Virus record (IMG/VR): IMGVR_UViG_3300032245_001170 | Location: 37,588-101,587 of that record | Origin: a virus | Length of the DNA stretch: 64,000 bases | Strand: one strand, 5' to 3' | Shown here: positions 39,530 to 49,147 of the stretch, piece after piece | Numbering within the stretch: the stretch's first letter is position 1 | Layout: each line of letters opens with the position of its first letter | Position numbers and translations under genes: made by a program | Notes under the pieces: model-generated | Databases searched by the model: none | What the model was told of the DNA's origin: nothing | What the model saw: the letters and a program-made list of their open reading frames with translations, nothing else

Positions 39530-39987
39530 CAGCCTGTCTCCTTTACTTTAGTTGTGCGTAGTATGCCGATTGTTTGTGTTGGCCATAGATATGGCAGGTC
39601 ATCTTCTACCTCAAAGAGGTAATGAGTTGGATCTTTACGTTTGAGATTAGACTGATGACTTTTATGGAACTCTTCGTTACCAATCCACCACGGTTCTGTA
39701 AAAGATTCGGGAGGTAGGTCTCTCATTAGTTCTTTAACTTGATCGTGCACATTATCTTTGTATCCTAAGGCAACCCATCTGGCACACATCATTAATGTAT
39801 ACACGGCTAAGCTACCTTCGTGACCACGCCACATAACTGCAGCGGGGTGATTCCTCCAACCTTTAGTTAGACCCAGGTTGGCTCTCAGTATTTGGAGTGC
39901 TTCCACTCTCTGTTTGCCCAGACGTTTCACGTCCAGAGTCCTCGCTACTGCTTGATACGTTGGTAGCGGAAGGAATGTGTTTACCAT
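39529..39987 (-). CDS. Pyrimidine-dimer DNA glycosylase (MSMEG_6728-like)
   Basis: TFLP, LD.KRLGKQRVE.LQI, W.NHPA..MWRG, H.SHQSNL..KDP.HY. Confidence 0.85.
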   Translation of the reverse strand: MVNTFLPLPTYQAVARTLDVKRLGKQRVEALQILRANLGLTKGWRNHPAAVMWRGHEGSLAVYTLMMCARWVALGYKDNVHDQVKELMRDLPPESFTEPWWIGNEEFHKSHQSNLKRKDPTHYLFEVEDDLPYLWPTQTIGILRTTKVKETG

Positions 39988-40459
39988 CTGTTTCTCCAAT
40001 CTTTGTGATTATAAAGTCTGGCTCAGACTTGTAGCAAACTTCCATTACTTTTACGTGTAGTTCTTCTCTCATCTTAGTTAGCATCTTTCCTGGATAACCA
40101 GCATTAGCTGCTTTCATTAGTATGTTATTAAGAGAATAGTTAGGTGCATGCACTGCTGCATAACCCACATGCTTGTAGAACTCTTCCATAGCGTCTACTT
40201 CGTAGGCCATTGCTCCGGCTACTACAATAAACGGAATGTCTTCTCCAAGTTTTGTTTCAGCTGCCATATGACAGAGGAAGTCAATGACTTCTTGTAGGTC
40301 GTAGTATTTAGGCAGGCCTAGCATAAAGTCTCTAACCTGCATATCATTGTTCACTGCGAATACAATCTTGTCAAATACTTCACCCTCTGGCACATCTTTG
40401 CCAATGGACTTACGTATTAGTTCACATGCTTCTTTGCGTGTTACGGTTTCAATTGTCAT
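39863..40459 (-). CDS. DUF4192-like helical protein
   Basis: D.QVRDF.LG, P.YSL..L; 3' end overlaps the next gene. Confidence 0.5.
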   Translation of the reverse strand: MTIETVTRKEACELIRKSIGKDVPEGEVFDKIVFAVNNDMQVRDFMLGLPKYYDLQEVIDFLCHMAAETKLGEDIPFIVVAGAMAYEVDAMEEFYKHVGYAAVHAPNYSLNNILMKAANAGYPGKMLTKMREELHVKVMEVCYKSEPDFIITKIGETDGKHIPSATNVSSSSEDSGRETSGQTESGSTPNTESQPGSN

Positions 40460-40616
40460 CAGAGTCCTCATCTGTTGTAATAGAGAATCCTGTTTCTGTA
40501 CGAGTTACAGTTATCCCAGGGAACTCTGATTCAATTGCATCTTTAGTTTCTTCGAATGTTTGATACTTGTGAGATAACTCTTGTAATCTACTCATATCAG
40601 CTAGCGTCATGCTCAT
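40449..40616 (-). CDS. Small hypothetical protein
   Basis: RBS GAGGAGG; fills the gap between neighbours. Confidence 0.5.
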   Translation of the reverse strand: MSMTLADMSRLQELSHKYQTFEETKDAIESEFPGITVTRTETGFSITTDEDSDDN

Positions 40617-40770
40617 GTGTTTCCTCCTCTAGTCCGAGCATTGGTATTAGGTCTTCCGCATCATGCTTAATTAACAGGGTACGGGTTGCAGCTTTATACT
40701 TTTCGTATATTGCATCTTCTTGTGCTTTCATGGCATTGTTATCCATATAGATTTCTAACTTCTTACTCAT
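40597..40770 (-). CDS. Small hypothetical protein
   Basis: ATGA overlap; 57 aa. Confidence 0.5.
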   Translation of the reverse strand: MSKKLEIYMDNNAMKAQEDAIYEKYKAATRTLLIKHDAEDLIPMLGLEEETHEHDAS

Positions 40771-40967
40771 GATAGAACTCCTAGTTCTGCTTCTAACCCA
40801 TTATCCAAAGCCCATTCCTGAGGTTCAGAGACAGGTTCAATGGTTAAGTCTGAAACATAATCATTAATGGTTATCCCTGACGCATGCAGGACGAACATTT
40901 GTGCATCCTCATGGTCATTGAATGGTCCAATGATTGTTTCAGTCATATTGTCAAATACAACGTACAT
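40767..40967 (-). CDS. Small hypothetical protein
   Basis: RBS AGGAGGT; IIGPF motif. Confidence 0.6.
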   Translation of the reverse strand: MYVVFDNMTETIIGPFNDHEDAQMFVLHASGITINDYVSDLTIEPVSEPQEWALDNGLEAELGVLS

Positions 40968-40976
40968 AATTACCTC

Positions 40977-42902
40977 CTAACGCATTCTCGAACGCTTTTT
41001 GATGGCACTTACTACGACCTGTTTAGCGAATGGAAGCAGGTCTTTAGCATCAGAGATTCTGGCAAATACTTCTGCTTTGTGGCGCAACTGTTCTTCATTG
41101 AGTTGGTTGTGCTCCTCTACATAGTATTTCCACTCTCTATCGTCCATGATTAGAGTCATGGCTGTCAAGATACCTCTGCGATTGATGCGTTCAATTAGAT
41201 CATCGTTTTTGTTTGTGTTGAACACACCATCAGTTACGATAAACAACATCTTATTCTTCTTACGAGAAGCCATAAGTAATTGTTCAGCAGCAAGCAGGGT
41301 TGGATACGGTTCTGTACCGCCACTGCCATAGATAAACTTGTACTCAGTCTTGTGTGCAAGTTCGTTACGGGTATACGCAATCTCGGCAGCATCATCAAAT
41401 GCATAGACTGTGACGGGAGCGTTGATATGTTCTAGTGCACGTTTGATAGTCCAGCAAGCAACAGATGCTTTCTGGTCATTGCGTCCACTAGACATGGAGC
41501 CAGAACGATCGACAAGGATAACTGCTTCAATATCACAGCCATCATCACCTTCATCCCAGCGGTCAAAGGCAGCATCAATCTCGCAACCTCTAATTACACG
41601 TTGCACATTGAGTCGACCAGTTGGTGTCTCTCTTTGCCACGTAGGTTCTGAGTCATCACGAAGTCTTTGTAATTCCCTAGCGAACTTACGATAGGAGATT
41701 ATTGCTTCTTGAGGAACTGCAGTGTTATGGAACTTGCCTCGTTTAGTTATGTCCTCATGCTTGCCATCTCCACCAACAATTACTCGTTGTTTGGTTCTGA
41801 CATCTGCTTGGACATCCTTGCGAGCCAATACATCATCGATTGCATTATTGAGCATGTCATTGATGCTATCGGGTAGTCCACCAAGACTAGGAGCATGTCC
41901 TTCACCGGCTGTTGCAGGAGTTTGGGTATCTACGTTTTGTTCACGTATACCCAAAGCTTGCTCAACAGAGGTTGGTGCGCTTCGTTGTGTCGGTGTCCCA
42001 TTACTTGTATTATCTGGCTTATTACTTCCGTCAGAGGATTCGGTTTGTGTTGGAGACGAGTTAGATGGTTGCGGTTGCTGTTTAGGTTTAGGTACGTAAG
42101 TAGATTCTTTTGTACCCATTCCTTTAGCACGTTCAGCATCTTTCTCCTGAGCCTTGCCTGGTTCGGGACGACCTTTAGATGTTGGTGAGCGTTCACCACA
42201 TTTGTTAGGGCCACCGTCCATGTTAGGAAGCATTCCCATAGGGATGCATACCTCGTTGTAGAATCGTTCTACTAGTTCTTTTGCTTTCTCGTATCCTTGT
42301 GGGAACGGAAGCAAACGATACTGATCAACGATGTCAATGATTGCTGGGATTAGCTCAGGGAAGGCAAACTCATCACGGAATGCTTGTCTAATCTCAACAG
42401 GTAGATAACGACGACCACGAATGCAGACATAGTTACCACTGATATCTTCTGATGCACCCAACCAACGAGCCACTGTGGCTGTTAGATATGGTGCAATAGA
42501 TGGATACCTACCTACTAGTAATGTTTCGATACGTTGATCCTCCAAGATATTAAACGCTTGGAAGTAATTGTTATCGATAATCCACTTGACTAGTTCTGTG
42601 CCTTTGCGAGGCGTATACAGGTGGTGGGCCAACTCGTGATAGTTGAGGCCGTTTACCTGTGTCAATGTTTCCAAGTCCATATCTTGAATCTCATTGAGAT
42701 TGATATAGATTGATGCACCATCAGACCACGCAGGTGCGGGGCCATCAGGAACAACATTGACTATGACTGGGTCGCCAGTTAGAACACGGTCCGCCTGTTC
42801 GTACACGCGGCATAATGCATTCAACCGAACTGAACGCTCTTGCGTTTCCTCGGTTCTGGCTTCTCCGTAATAACTATTGTCATTGAGTTCTTCAATTAAC
42901 AT
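40977..42902 (-). CDS. VWA-domain protein (CobT-like; N-terminal HExxH)
   Basis: HELAH, NILED.RIE, MIDAS DRSGS..GGT..TDG. Confidence 0.88.
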   Translation of the reverse strand: MLIEELNDNSYYGEARTEETQERSVRLNALCRVYEQADRVLTGDPVIVNVVPDGPAPAWSDGASIYINLNEIQDMDLETLTQVNGLNYHELAHHLYTPRKGTELVKWIIDNNYFQAFNILEDQRIETLLVGRYPSIAPYLTATVARWLGASEDISGNYVCIRGRRYLPVEIRQAFRDEFAFPELIPAIIDIVDQYRLLPFPQGYEKAKELVERFYNEVCIPMGMLPNMDGGPNKCGERSPTSKGRPEPGKAQEKDAERAKGMGTKESTYVPKPKQQPQPSNSSPTQTESSDGSNKPDNTSNGTPTQRSAPTSVEQALGIREQNVDTQTPATAGEGHAPSLGGLPDSINDMLNNAIDDVLARKDVQADVRTKQRVIVGGDGKHEDITKRGKFHNTAVPQEAIISYRKFARELQRLRDDSEPTWQRETPTGRLNVQRVIRGCEIDAAFDRWDEGDDGCDIEAVILVDRSGSMSSGRNDQKASVACWTIKRALEHINAPVTVYAFDDAAEIAYTRNELAHKTEYKFIYGSGGTEPYPTLLAAEQLLMASRKKNKMLFIVTDGVFNTNKNDDLIERINRRGILTAMTLIMDDREWKYYVEEHNQLNEEQLRHKAEVFARISDAKDLLPFAKQVVVSAIKKRSRMR

Positions 42903-42904
42903 AG

Positions 42905-44332
42905 TTATGCCAATTTAGATGCGTATTGACCAGCCCACGCTTTGAGTTGTTCTTCAGGAGATAGTCCTTCAGGCTCTTGCTCAACAACAATTGGGATTTC
43001 AATACCGAAATCAGTCTTGATGTTGTGTTCGTGTGTCTGGAATACCAATCTAACGCTTGCTGCTTCGTCAGGGCTGAAGTGAGCAATGAAGTTTTCCACT
43101 GCGAACTCATAGCCTAGAGCGTCAACAAAGTTAACGAACTCTTGAAGCATGTTAGTTGAGATTGGTGTTTCGTATTGACCTTTGTTAGCTTCAATACGTA
43201 GTTGTTTAGCAACGACCAACAATGCCTTAGATGAAACCAACTTAGCCTCGACCTTGTCATCATAATCCCAAGGGATTTGGATATCAAAGCGATTACGGAA
43301 GGCAAAGTTGAGCGGTGTTGTACCAATGTAATCTGGATTCATAGTAGCGAAGATAGTGAGGTCTTTGTGAGCCTCAATAGTTTCACCATGATGATCCAGC
43401 AATGTAATGGCACGACGACCGTCTAATAGTCCGTAAAGAACTGTGTAGATCTTAGGGCTGATGAAGTTAACCTCGTCGAGCAATAAGACACCACCATTAC
43501 GAACTACATCAGTGACAGGGCCATCAATCCAAGCAAATGAACCATTACCATCTGATACGAACTTACCAGTCATTTGACTAGGCTCCATAGAAGCATTGCC
43601 TGAGACTGTAGCCATACGTAAACCGCGTTCAGCAGCCCACGCTTCTACAGATGTGGTTTTACCTGGACCTGTTGGGCCATAGATTAGAACGTTGATGTTT
43701 TTGCTACGAGCATGATCAAAGATTTCAAAGTCCTCACGGGACCAGATATCTCTATGCACATAGCGTTTTGCTAGTTCAATCCGTGGCACTGATGCCAATG
43801 ATGCTTTAATCATTGGACCGCTAGATTCTGCAACTCTAATTGGAGTTGGTTCAATCGTTGCGGGTGCGGGCATTGTTTGTGTTGGCGCTGACACTAACGG
43901 AACAGGAGTTCCCGGCATACGGCGGTTGTCAATTACATGAGACTCAAGAGAATCATCACCAATACTTACCGCTTCGTAGATTTCGCATAAGCGTTCTACA
44001 AAGGACATAGTATCTGTGCTGATTGCTGCTTTAGTATGCGCTTGACATGCCTTGGTGCCGAGGACTGGGGAATAACCTTTGTCCGTCATAGCACGTTCAT
44101 CTGCTGATGTAACATATACAGCAACAGGTGTGCGTGTGAGCTTTTCGTCAGTACCTATCTGTCCTGTAATACTATCTAGGTCAGTTTCCTCCCACTTATT
44201 GTGAGGACCCTTTGTCCCATCAGTATCACGTGAATAGATTCGTACGTTACCATCATGTGGAGTGATAAGAACCTGGCGGCGCTTAGCCCCCATGGTTGGT
44301 TCGTACGACTCAGTGAATACAGCGATATCCAT
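42905..44332 (-). CDS. MoxR-family AAA+ ATPase (CobS/CbbQ-like)
   Basis: GPTGPGKT, W.DGP, LLDEVN, ATMNP.Y.GT..LN.AF.NRF. Confidence 0.9.
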   Translation of the reverse strand: MDIAVFTESYEPTMGAKRRQVLITPHDGNVRIYSRDTDGTKGPHNKWEETDLDSITGQIGTDEKLTRTPVAVYVTSADERAMTDKGYSPVLGTKACQAHTKAAISTDTMSFVERLCEIYEAVSIGDDSLESHVIDNRRMPGTPVPLVSAPTQTMPAPATIEPTPIRVAESSGPMIKASLASVPRIELAKRYVHRDIWSREDFEIFDHARSKNINVLIYGPTGPGKTTSVEAWAAERGLRMATVSGNASMEPSQMTGKFVSDGNGSFAWIDGPVTDVVRNGGVLLLDEVNFISPKIYTVLYGLLDGRRAITLLDHHGETIEAHKDLTIFATMNPDYIGTTPLNFAFRNRFDIQIPWDYDDKVEAKLVSSKALLVVAKQLRIEANKGQYETPISTNMLQEFVNFVDALGYEFAVENFIAHFSPDEAASVRLVFQTHEHNIKTDFGIEIPIVVEQEPEGLSPEEQLKAWAGQYASKLA

Positions 44333-44407
44333 ATCTTTACCCCTTCTTTGGTAATGGAATCGTTTGTCATATTGCTATGACATTCCCTAACGATTTGTTA
44401 AGGAAAC

Positions 44408-44650
44408 TTAGTCTTCGTCGTCCTCTAGGACACGGTTTTCAATGACAGCGGCCATTTCGTAGGCAACTTGCTTGTCACGAGGCCATTTAGTAATCAGGTC
44501 AAATAAGATGCCGTGATTCTCTGCCTTCTCCATAATTAAATTCATTTGCTTACTAATGTAATCGTAAAACTCTTGCTTTTCAACAGGCGATAAGGAATCA
44601 AAACTAGGGGTGTATTCGTCTTCACTATCATCTTCATCAAAGTTAAACAT
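44408..44650 (-). CDS. Acidic hypothetical protein
   Basis: RBS AGAAGGGA. Confidence 0.65.
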   Translation of the reverse strand: MFNFDEDDSEDEYTPSFDSLSPVEKQEFYDYISKQMNLIMEKAENHGILFDLITKWPRDKQVAYEMAAVIENRVLEDDED

Positions 44651-44678
44651 TTTATTTCCCTTCTGTTAGGTTTAGGTT

Positions 44679-44990
44679 CCCAGAGCAGGTCTTTAAGACC
44701 TGCCCTGGGGTATCTACAAGGTGTACGCACGAAGGACAAGAGAGGCTGGAAACTTAGCTACTACGGGCTTGCATCAAGTGAGTTTAGGTACCGCGGAAGT
44801 GGTTGGTTGGACTAACTGTGTCACGCTCAACCATCTTCCTAACGGCCCACTGTTATTGCTTTCCGACTTGGGTTGGATCAAGTATCTTGCCGAGTGCTTC
44901 TAGTCTTGTAAACGTTGACACACCTCAAGGAGGGGACGCTGGATTGCCAGATTGTGGTCGCAGGCCCGGTCAAGAGGATATGCCAAATTT
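44679..44990 (-). ncRNA. Putative structured intergenic RNA A
   Basis: Nested helices 44919-25/44719-25, 44904-09/44736-41, 44828-39/44795-805, plus a 14-bp hairpin at 44679-709. Confidence 0.5.
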
Positions 44991-45006
44991 GTTTGTGTTG
45001 AAACGA

Positions 45007-45468
45007 TTACGCTTCTGCTAACCATGAACTCTCTGCTTGTGGCAGTTGGCTAATTAGAAGTGTTTGATAGAAAGGTCCAGGCATTTGTTTGGTCATGGCT
45101 TGTGCTACTGACCAGATAAATGAAGATGCTTCCTCAGGCTTGTTACGTGCGATTGCTTCTACTACAACGTTGGGATGGCCCCAAGAGTATGCAACAGCAG
45201 TCACATACTCAGTCATTGTTCGTATAGATACTTCATCTGCTGCACCACGTAAACCAGTGCATAGCGCTTTGAGTGCTGTGTCTTGGTCAACTGCATCTCG
45301 CAATATGTAACCAATAGTTACATCTCTGAAGTGAGTGTTGGTGCTTAGATCTTTTAAGTTAGCTGGAATGTAACCTTGCAAGATTTGAGTAGACGCTTGT
45401 AAAGGCGTTGTTACTAAACCCTGAGTGGGAACAGACTCTCCAGTGTAATTAACTGTCAAGTTTGACAT
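45007..45468 (-). CDS. Helical hypothetical protein (possible DUF4192-like paralog)
   Basis: 'FRDV.IG' resembles 'VRDF.LG' of 39863-40459. Confidence 0.55.
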   Translation of the reverse strand: MSNLTVNYTGESVPTQGLVTTPLQASTQILQGYIPANLKDLSTNTHFRDVTIGYILRDAVDQDTALKALCTGLRGAADEVSIRTMTEYVTAVAYSWGHPNVVVEAIARNKPEEASSFIWSVAQAMTKQMPGPFYQTLLISQLPQAESSWLAEA

Positions 45469-46156
45469 ATGCTGCGATCCTTCTCTCTAGTTCGGTTGGT
45501 GGTTGCTTTACTATGTTGCCATCTTTTAACCTGAGTGGAGAACCATCCCAAGTAATAGATATAAGCTTGTTCCCATAGTCTTGTTTGCCTGTGCCACTAC
45601 AGCTACGACAATCTCTTCCTTTAGGAACATTGTGACTATCTGCAAATCCATGTGAGCATTTACCATAGTGCCAGTAAGAAGACCGACCTTGGGTCGGTGT
45701 CCATTCTGGATGGTCTGCACATGGAAAGTGATTACTGCAATATGGCGGGGAACACCAATCGTCTCTCTTACCAGAACCTTTACAACCTCTACACTTTTGC
45801 ACCTTTGATGGGGTGCGTAAAGCATCTTGAGTTGTTATGTAAACGGTTCCTTCTTTTTGGAATACGCCCTGTAATTTACCAAAGTGTTTGATGTTGTATC
45901 TAACACCTTGAGAGCGTAATGGATTCCATGTGCCACCCCACCGTGTTGCTGTTGATTGAGGGCATTGGATTGTTAATGTGCCATCAGGATGAAATAGAAC
46001 AGGGTTGAATCCATACCATTTATCTACGATGGCAATGTCTTTGCCATGATTTTGTAGGCGAAGCCCACGCATATACATTGGTCGGTCCCATTTCTTACGA
46101 CCGCCTGCTAGATATACTTTGGCTTCATCATAATTTGATATCCACCACGCACCCAT
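45449..46156 (-). CDS. Protein with DnaJ-type CxxCxGxG motifs
   Basis: CRGCKGSG, CRSCSGTG. Confidence 0.65.
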   Translation of the reverse strand: MGAWWISNYDEAKVYLAGGRKKWDRPMYMRGLRLQNHGKDIAIVDKWYGFNPVLFHPDGTLTIQCPQSTATRWGGTWNPLRSQGVRYNIKHFGKLQGVFQKEGTVYITTQDALRTPSKVQKCRGCKGSGKRDDWCSPPYCSNHFPCADHPEWTPTQGRSSYWHYGKCSHGFADSHNVPKGRDCRSCSGTGKQDYGNKLISITWDGSPLRLKDGNIVKQPPTELERRIAAYVKLDS

Positions 46157-46446
46157 TAGTTAGCTTCTACGCTTTCAAATAATGTGCGATTAGATACATC
46201 AAATGTAGTTTCTCTGTGTTGCTCTGTTACTCTGTCTTCATCGTAATCTTCATCGAACCATACGATACTAATTGGATTACGTCTTGCTGCTTCTGGTGAC
46301 ACTGCAAAGAGTGCCATACCTAGACCATCTATCATGCCGGTATGGTATGCCCTGCTGTGCTGTGAATCAAGATCATGAAGGTTGATTTCTTCATCAATCA
46401 TCATGCGCTCAATTTGTTTAGTCAACTTGCGCTTGTTAAGCCACAT
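46156..46446 (-). CDS. Hypothetical protein
   Basis: RBS AGAAGGGAG. Confidence 0.65.
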   Translation of the reverse strand: MWLNKRKLTKQIERMMIDEEINLHDLDSQHSRAYHTGMIDGLGMALFAVSPEAARRNPISIVWFDEDYDEDRVTEQHRETTFDVSNRTLFESVEAN

Positions 46447-46482
46447 GTCGGCTCCCTTCTGTATGTTGGGCGGTTTGTTTGT

Positions 46483-46810
46483 GTTGGAGCAGAGGCACCA
46501 CCTCCCACGGTAATCCTGACTCTAGCCTCGGCACACGTGGGTTTCCCCGAGGTGTGCTGTCATAAGCAAACGCATTTAGTGTTTAGTGTTTTGAATGGCT
46601 GTATCGTCGGGAGTAGTTTCCCCATGGGATACCCAACGAGCCAGAGCACTTACTGTAGTACTGTGCATGACCAATCATTATGCCTCTGCCCAACGTGCCT
46701 GCATAGACGGCGAAATCTATACAGGCTCCATCACATTTGTATACCGCATGATGGTGCGGTCTTACGAAGGGCTAAGACTTCATAGCGTTGCAGTATGCCC
46801 TAGCCGTGCA
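46483..46810 (-). ncRNA. Putative structured intergenic RNA B
   Basis: Closing stem 46681-94/46483-97; internal GAAA-capped hairpins; further hairpins at 46697-778. Confidence 0.55.
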
Positions 46811-46813
46811 AGA

Positions 46814-47002
46814 TTAATCTTTGAAGAAAGATTTTGAATATAACTCATCCATCTGTGTACGCTTGTAACCTTCTTCTTTACGCTCATAAATACGATAAGA
46901 CTGGGCTTCAAAGTATCTGTTGCGCCATGCGTATGCATAGACTGTGATTCCTATTGAATAAAACAATAGGAACAGGAATAGCCATGATTGTTCAGGCGTC
47001 AT
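46814..47002 (-). CDS. Small membrane protein
   Basis: One TM segment. Confidence 0.55.
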   Translation of the reverse strand: MTPEQSWLFLFLLFYSIGITVYAYAWRNRYFEAQSYRIYERKEEGYKRTQMDELYSKSFFKD

Positions 47003-47249
47003 TGGAAACACTTACTGCTTCCTTTCTTACTTTGCCTGTCTTCCAGTGTGGGATAGTTGGGTGGTCAACACGACCTCCTGCTGCTTTCCATGCTTCACGC
47101 TTTTCATGGTTGCTTGCACTGCGACCGTTAATACGACCTGGTCTAGACTCAAACTTGGATTTAATTCCATCTGGTCCAGGATTCTTTTTCCATGCTTTGC
47201 CATTAGGGCGGTTATCATTTCTTGAACCGCCTGATTTTTTCCCTGCCAT
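46992..47249 (-). CDS. Basic small protein
   Basis: RBS GAAAGGAG before ATG 47249. Confidence 0.6.
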   Translation of the reverse strand: MAGKKSGGSRNDNRPNGKAWKKNPGPDGIKSKFESRPGRINGRSASNHEKREAWKAAGGRVDHPTIPHWKTGKVRKEAVSVSNDA

Positions 47250-47395
47250 TGAAGGCTCCTTTCGGGGGTGTGTGGGTTTGTGTCGGTTACGGACATTGGC
47301 ATGTCCCTTGTGCACACTCATAGTTCATGAGTGCTTCTGACTCTGTGTAGCCATTGAGTATCTCAATAGCAATGAACAGATCTTTCTTTAGTTCT

Positions 47396-47743
47396 TCAAG
47401 CGTTGGGGAAGTTGTCTTTGATGTAAGCAAGTTGTTTGCTGTATTGCTCGTCAAACCATTCTTTTGTCCAGCCATTGCAGTATTCCTCTCCTGTATTCGG
47501 ATGCCAGTTAAACACTGTGGTCTCAGGTATACCCATGAACTTGGTGAACTCGTGGGCACACTTGTGGCACAACGTGAATGTGAGAGGGTTTTCTTCACCC
47601 TCGTAATAGATGTTGTCTACGAACTGCATGTATCCGCCATCTAAAGATATGTCTAAAGAGACAGGTATATCAGAGTCCATTTGCATGGGCTTGAATACTT
47701 GTGGGTCTTGACATCGTGCACATTCGACTATGGTTATAGTCAT
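47396..47743 (-). CDS. Cys-motif hypothetical protein
   Basis: CARC..LCHKCAH; RBS AGAAGGGA. Confidence 0.65.
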   Translation of the reverse strand: MTITIVECARCQDPQVFKPMQMDSDIPVSLDISLDGGYMQFVDNIYYEGEENPLTFTLCHKCAHEFTKFMGIPETTVFNWHPNTGEEYCNGWTKEWFDEQYSKQLAYIKDNFPNA

Positions 47744-47757
47744 TGCTTTCCCTTCTG

Positions 47758-48123
47758 TTATTGACGAGTGAAGCCGATATTAAGTTGTGTAAACAACAAG
47801 CATAGTTTGATGCCGGCTGTTCTTAATGGAAACAGGCTGTGATTGTTTTCATCACCACGAGTGTTCCAAACCCTGCTGTTGAATGGGGGAGTCAGTTCTA
47901 CATCTAACTTGAATAGGCTATCTGTAAAACCAAATGCAATTTCAAAACCATAGGTTGTTTTACTTTTAGTTGTAAAGTTAAACACTCTACCTCTTCCAAC
48001 ATATGGGTCAAATAGAGGGTGCGAAGAGAAACCTGTTTCTAAATCTTTGCGACCCAATAGTTCAACTTCATCAAAGAAACTATCCACGCTGGGATAGTCA
48101 ATGATTGTTCTGCCTGTGTTCAT
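47758..48123 (-). CDS. Hypothetical protein
   Basis: RBS AAGGAG. Confidence 0.6.
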   Translation of the reverse strand: MNTGRTIIDYPSVDSFFDEVELLGRKDLETGFSSHPLFDPYVGRGRVFNFTTKSKTTYGFEIAFGFTDSLFKLDVELTPPFNSRVWNTRGDENNHSLFPLRTAGIKLCLLFTQLNIGFTRQ

Positions 48124-48266
48124 CTGTTCTCCTTATAGTAGTTGGTGAGCCTTTTAGCATTCACATGCTCAGGTGAGGCGCAGATATACCCCGATGCTCG
48201 GGACATGTTTTACCTCAGGTCATGTCTGACCAACCACGCATAGCGTGTATCCCCTTCTCGGAGGAA

Positions 48267-48356
48267 TTATTTACGACGCCATGCTTTGATGGCTACAATG
48301 AATACCAATGAGATACAGATGATCACAATGGTTTGTGGTTCAAATTCAATATACAT
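48267..48356 (-). CDS. 29-aa single-TM peptide
   Basis: MYIEFEPQTIVIICISLVFIVAIKAWRRK. Confidence 0.5.
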   Translation of the reverse strand: MYIEFEPQTIVIICISLVFIVAIKAWRRK

Positions 48357-49028
48357 TTACATACCCTCCACATCTCGTAGAGCCTTCTGTAAAGCGTCTT
48401 GCTGTTCTTTGAGTGAAGCAATCTTTGCTTCTTTTATCTTCTCCTTAGCCGTTGCTAAGAATGAGGCGAGTTCAGTGCACTCAGACAGTTCTAGTCTGAT
48501 TGAACGACCAGCCTTGCTCACATCTACACTCATAGAGTGCTCGTTGACTTCGTATGACAATGGGTCGTCACACCAACCTGATGTTCTGGACATGGTTCCC
48601 TTTCTTGTTCTTGTTGTATTTAGGTAGTTGAATTTGTCAATCCAACAGGCAAAACTAGGGTCATAAGGCTCACCTGATTTAGATGTAAACCTAAAGGTGG
48701 CAAGCGTTTTGACTTTATAGTAGATGCCTGTTGCTTCGTCAAGGACATAGTCTGGCCAATACCAAGAGTGTTGTCGCCTGTCGAAGTTTTCATCGAACAA
48801 TGCTTCTTGCTTGCTGACTTCCCTGATGAAATAGAATTGATCGGGGTCGCTTCGCTTGCCACAATACATGTCGTATAGAATCCAAGAGCTATCTTTGTAA
48901 GTAACCTTGTCGGGATACTCCAAGATGTGATCACGATAGGCAATCCATTGCTTATCAGCACTCACCTTATGATTTTTATACCACCGCCTGTAAGATTGTT
49001 CAAGAGTCATAATGTCCTCAGTGGACAT
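48357..49028 (-). CDS. Hypothetical protein
   Basis: RBS AGAAGGGAG; 223 aa. Confidence 0.65.
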   Translation of the reverse strand: MSTEDIMTLEQSYRRWYKNHKVSADKQWIAYRDHILEYPDKVTYKDSSWILYDMYCGKRSDPDQFYFIREVSKQEALFDENFDRRQHSWYWPDYVLDEATGIYYKVKTLATFRFTSKSGEPYDPSFACWIDKFNYLNTTRTRKGTMSRTSGWCDDPLSYEVNEHSMSVDVSKAGRSIRLELSECTELASFLATAKEKIKEAKIASLKEQQDALQKALRDVEGM

Positions 49029-49147
49029 GTCTACTCCCTTCTAAAACAAGGCGGGAGAACAAGGAAGAAGTCGTCATACCCAAATTTGGCTCAGACTAAG
49101 TCTTGTTCTCCCACCTTATCCCCCTTCTCTGGGGTATCTACCTCGCC

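Noticed and set aside
46375-46837. Plus-strand ORFs over the early-arm intergenic gaps (also 44721-45021 and 49215-49469)
   Set aside because: Opposite to local transcription, no RBS, atypical composition; better explained by RNA structure
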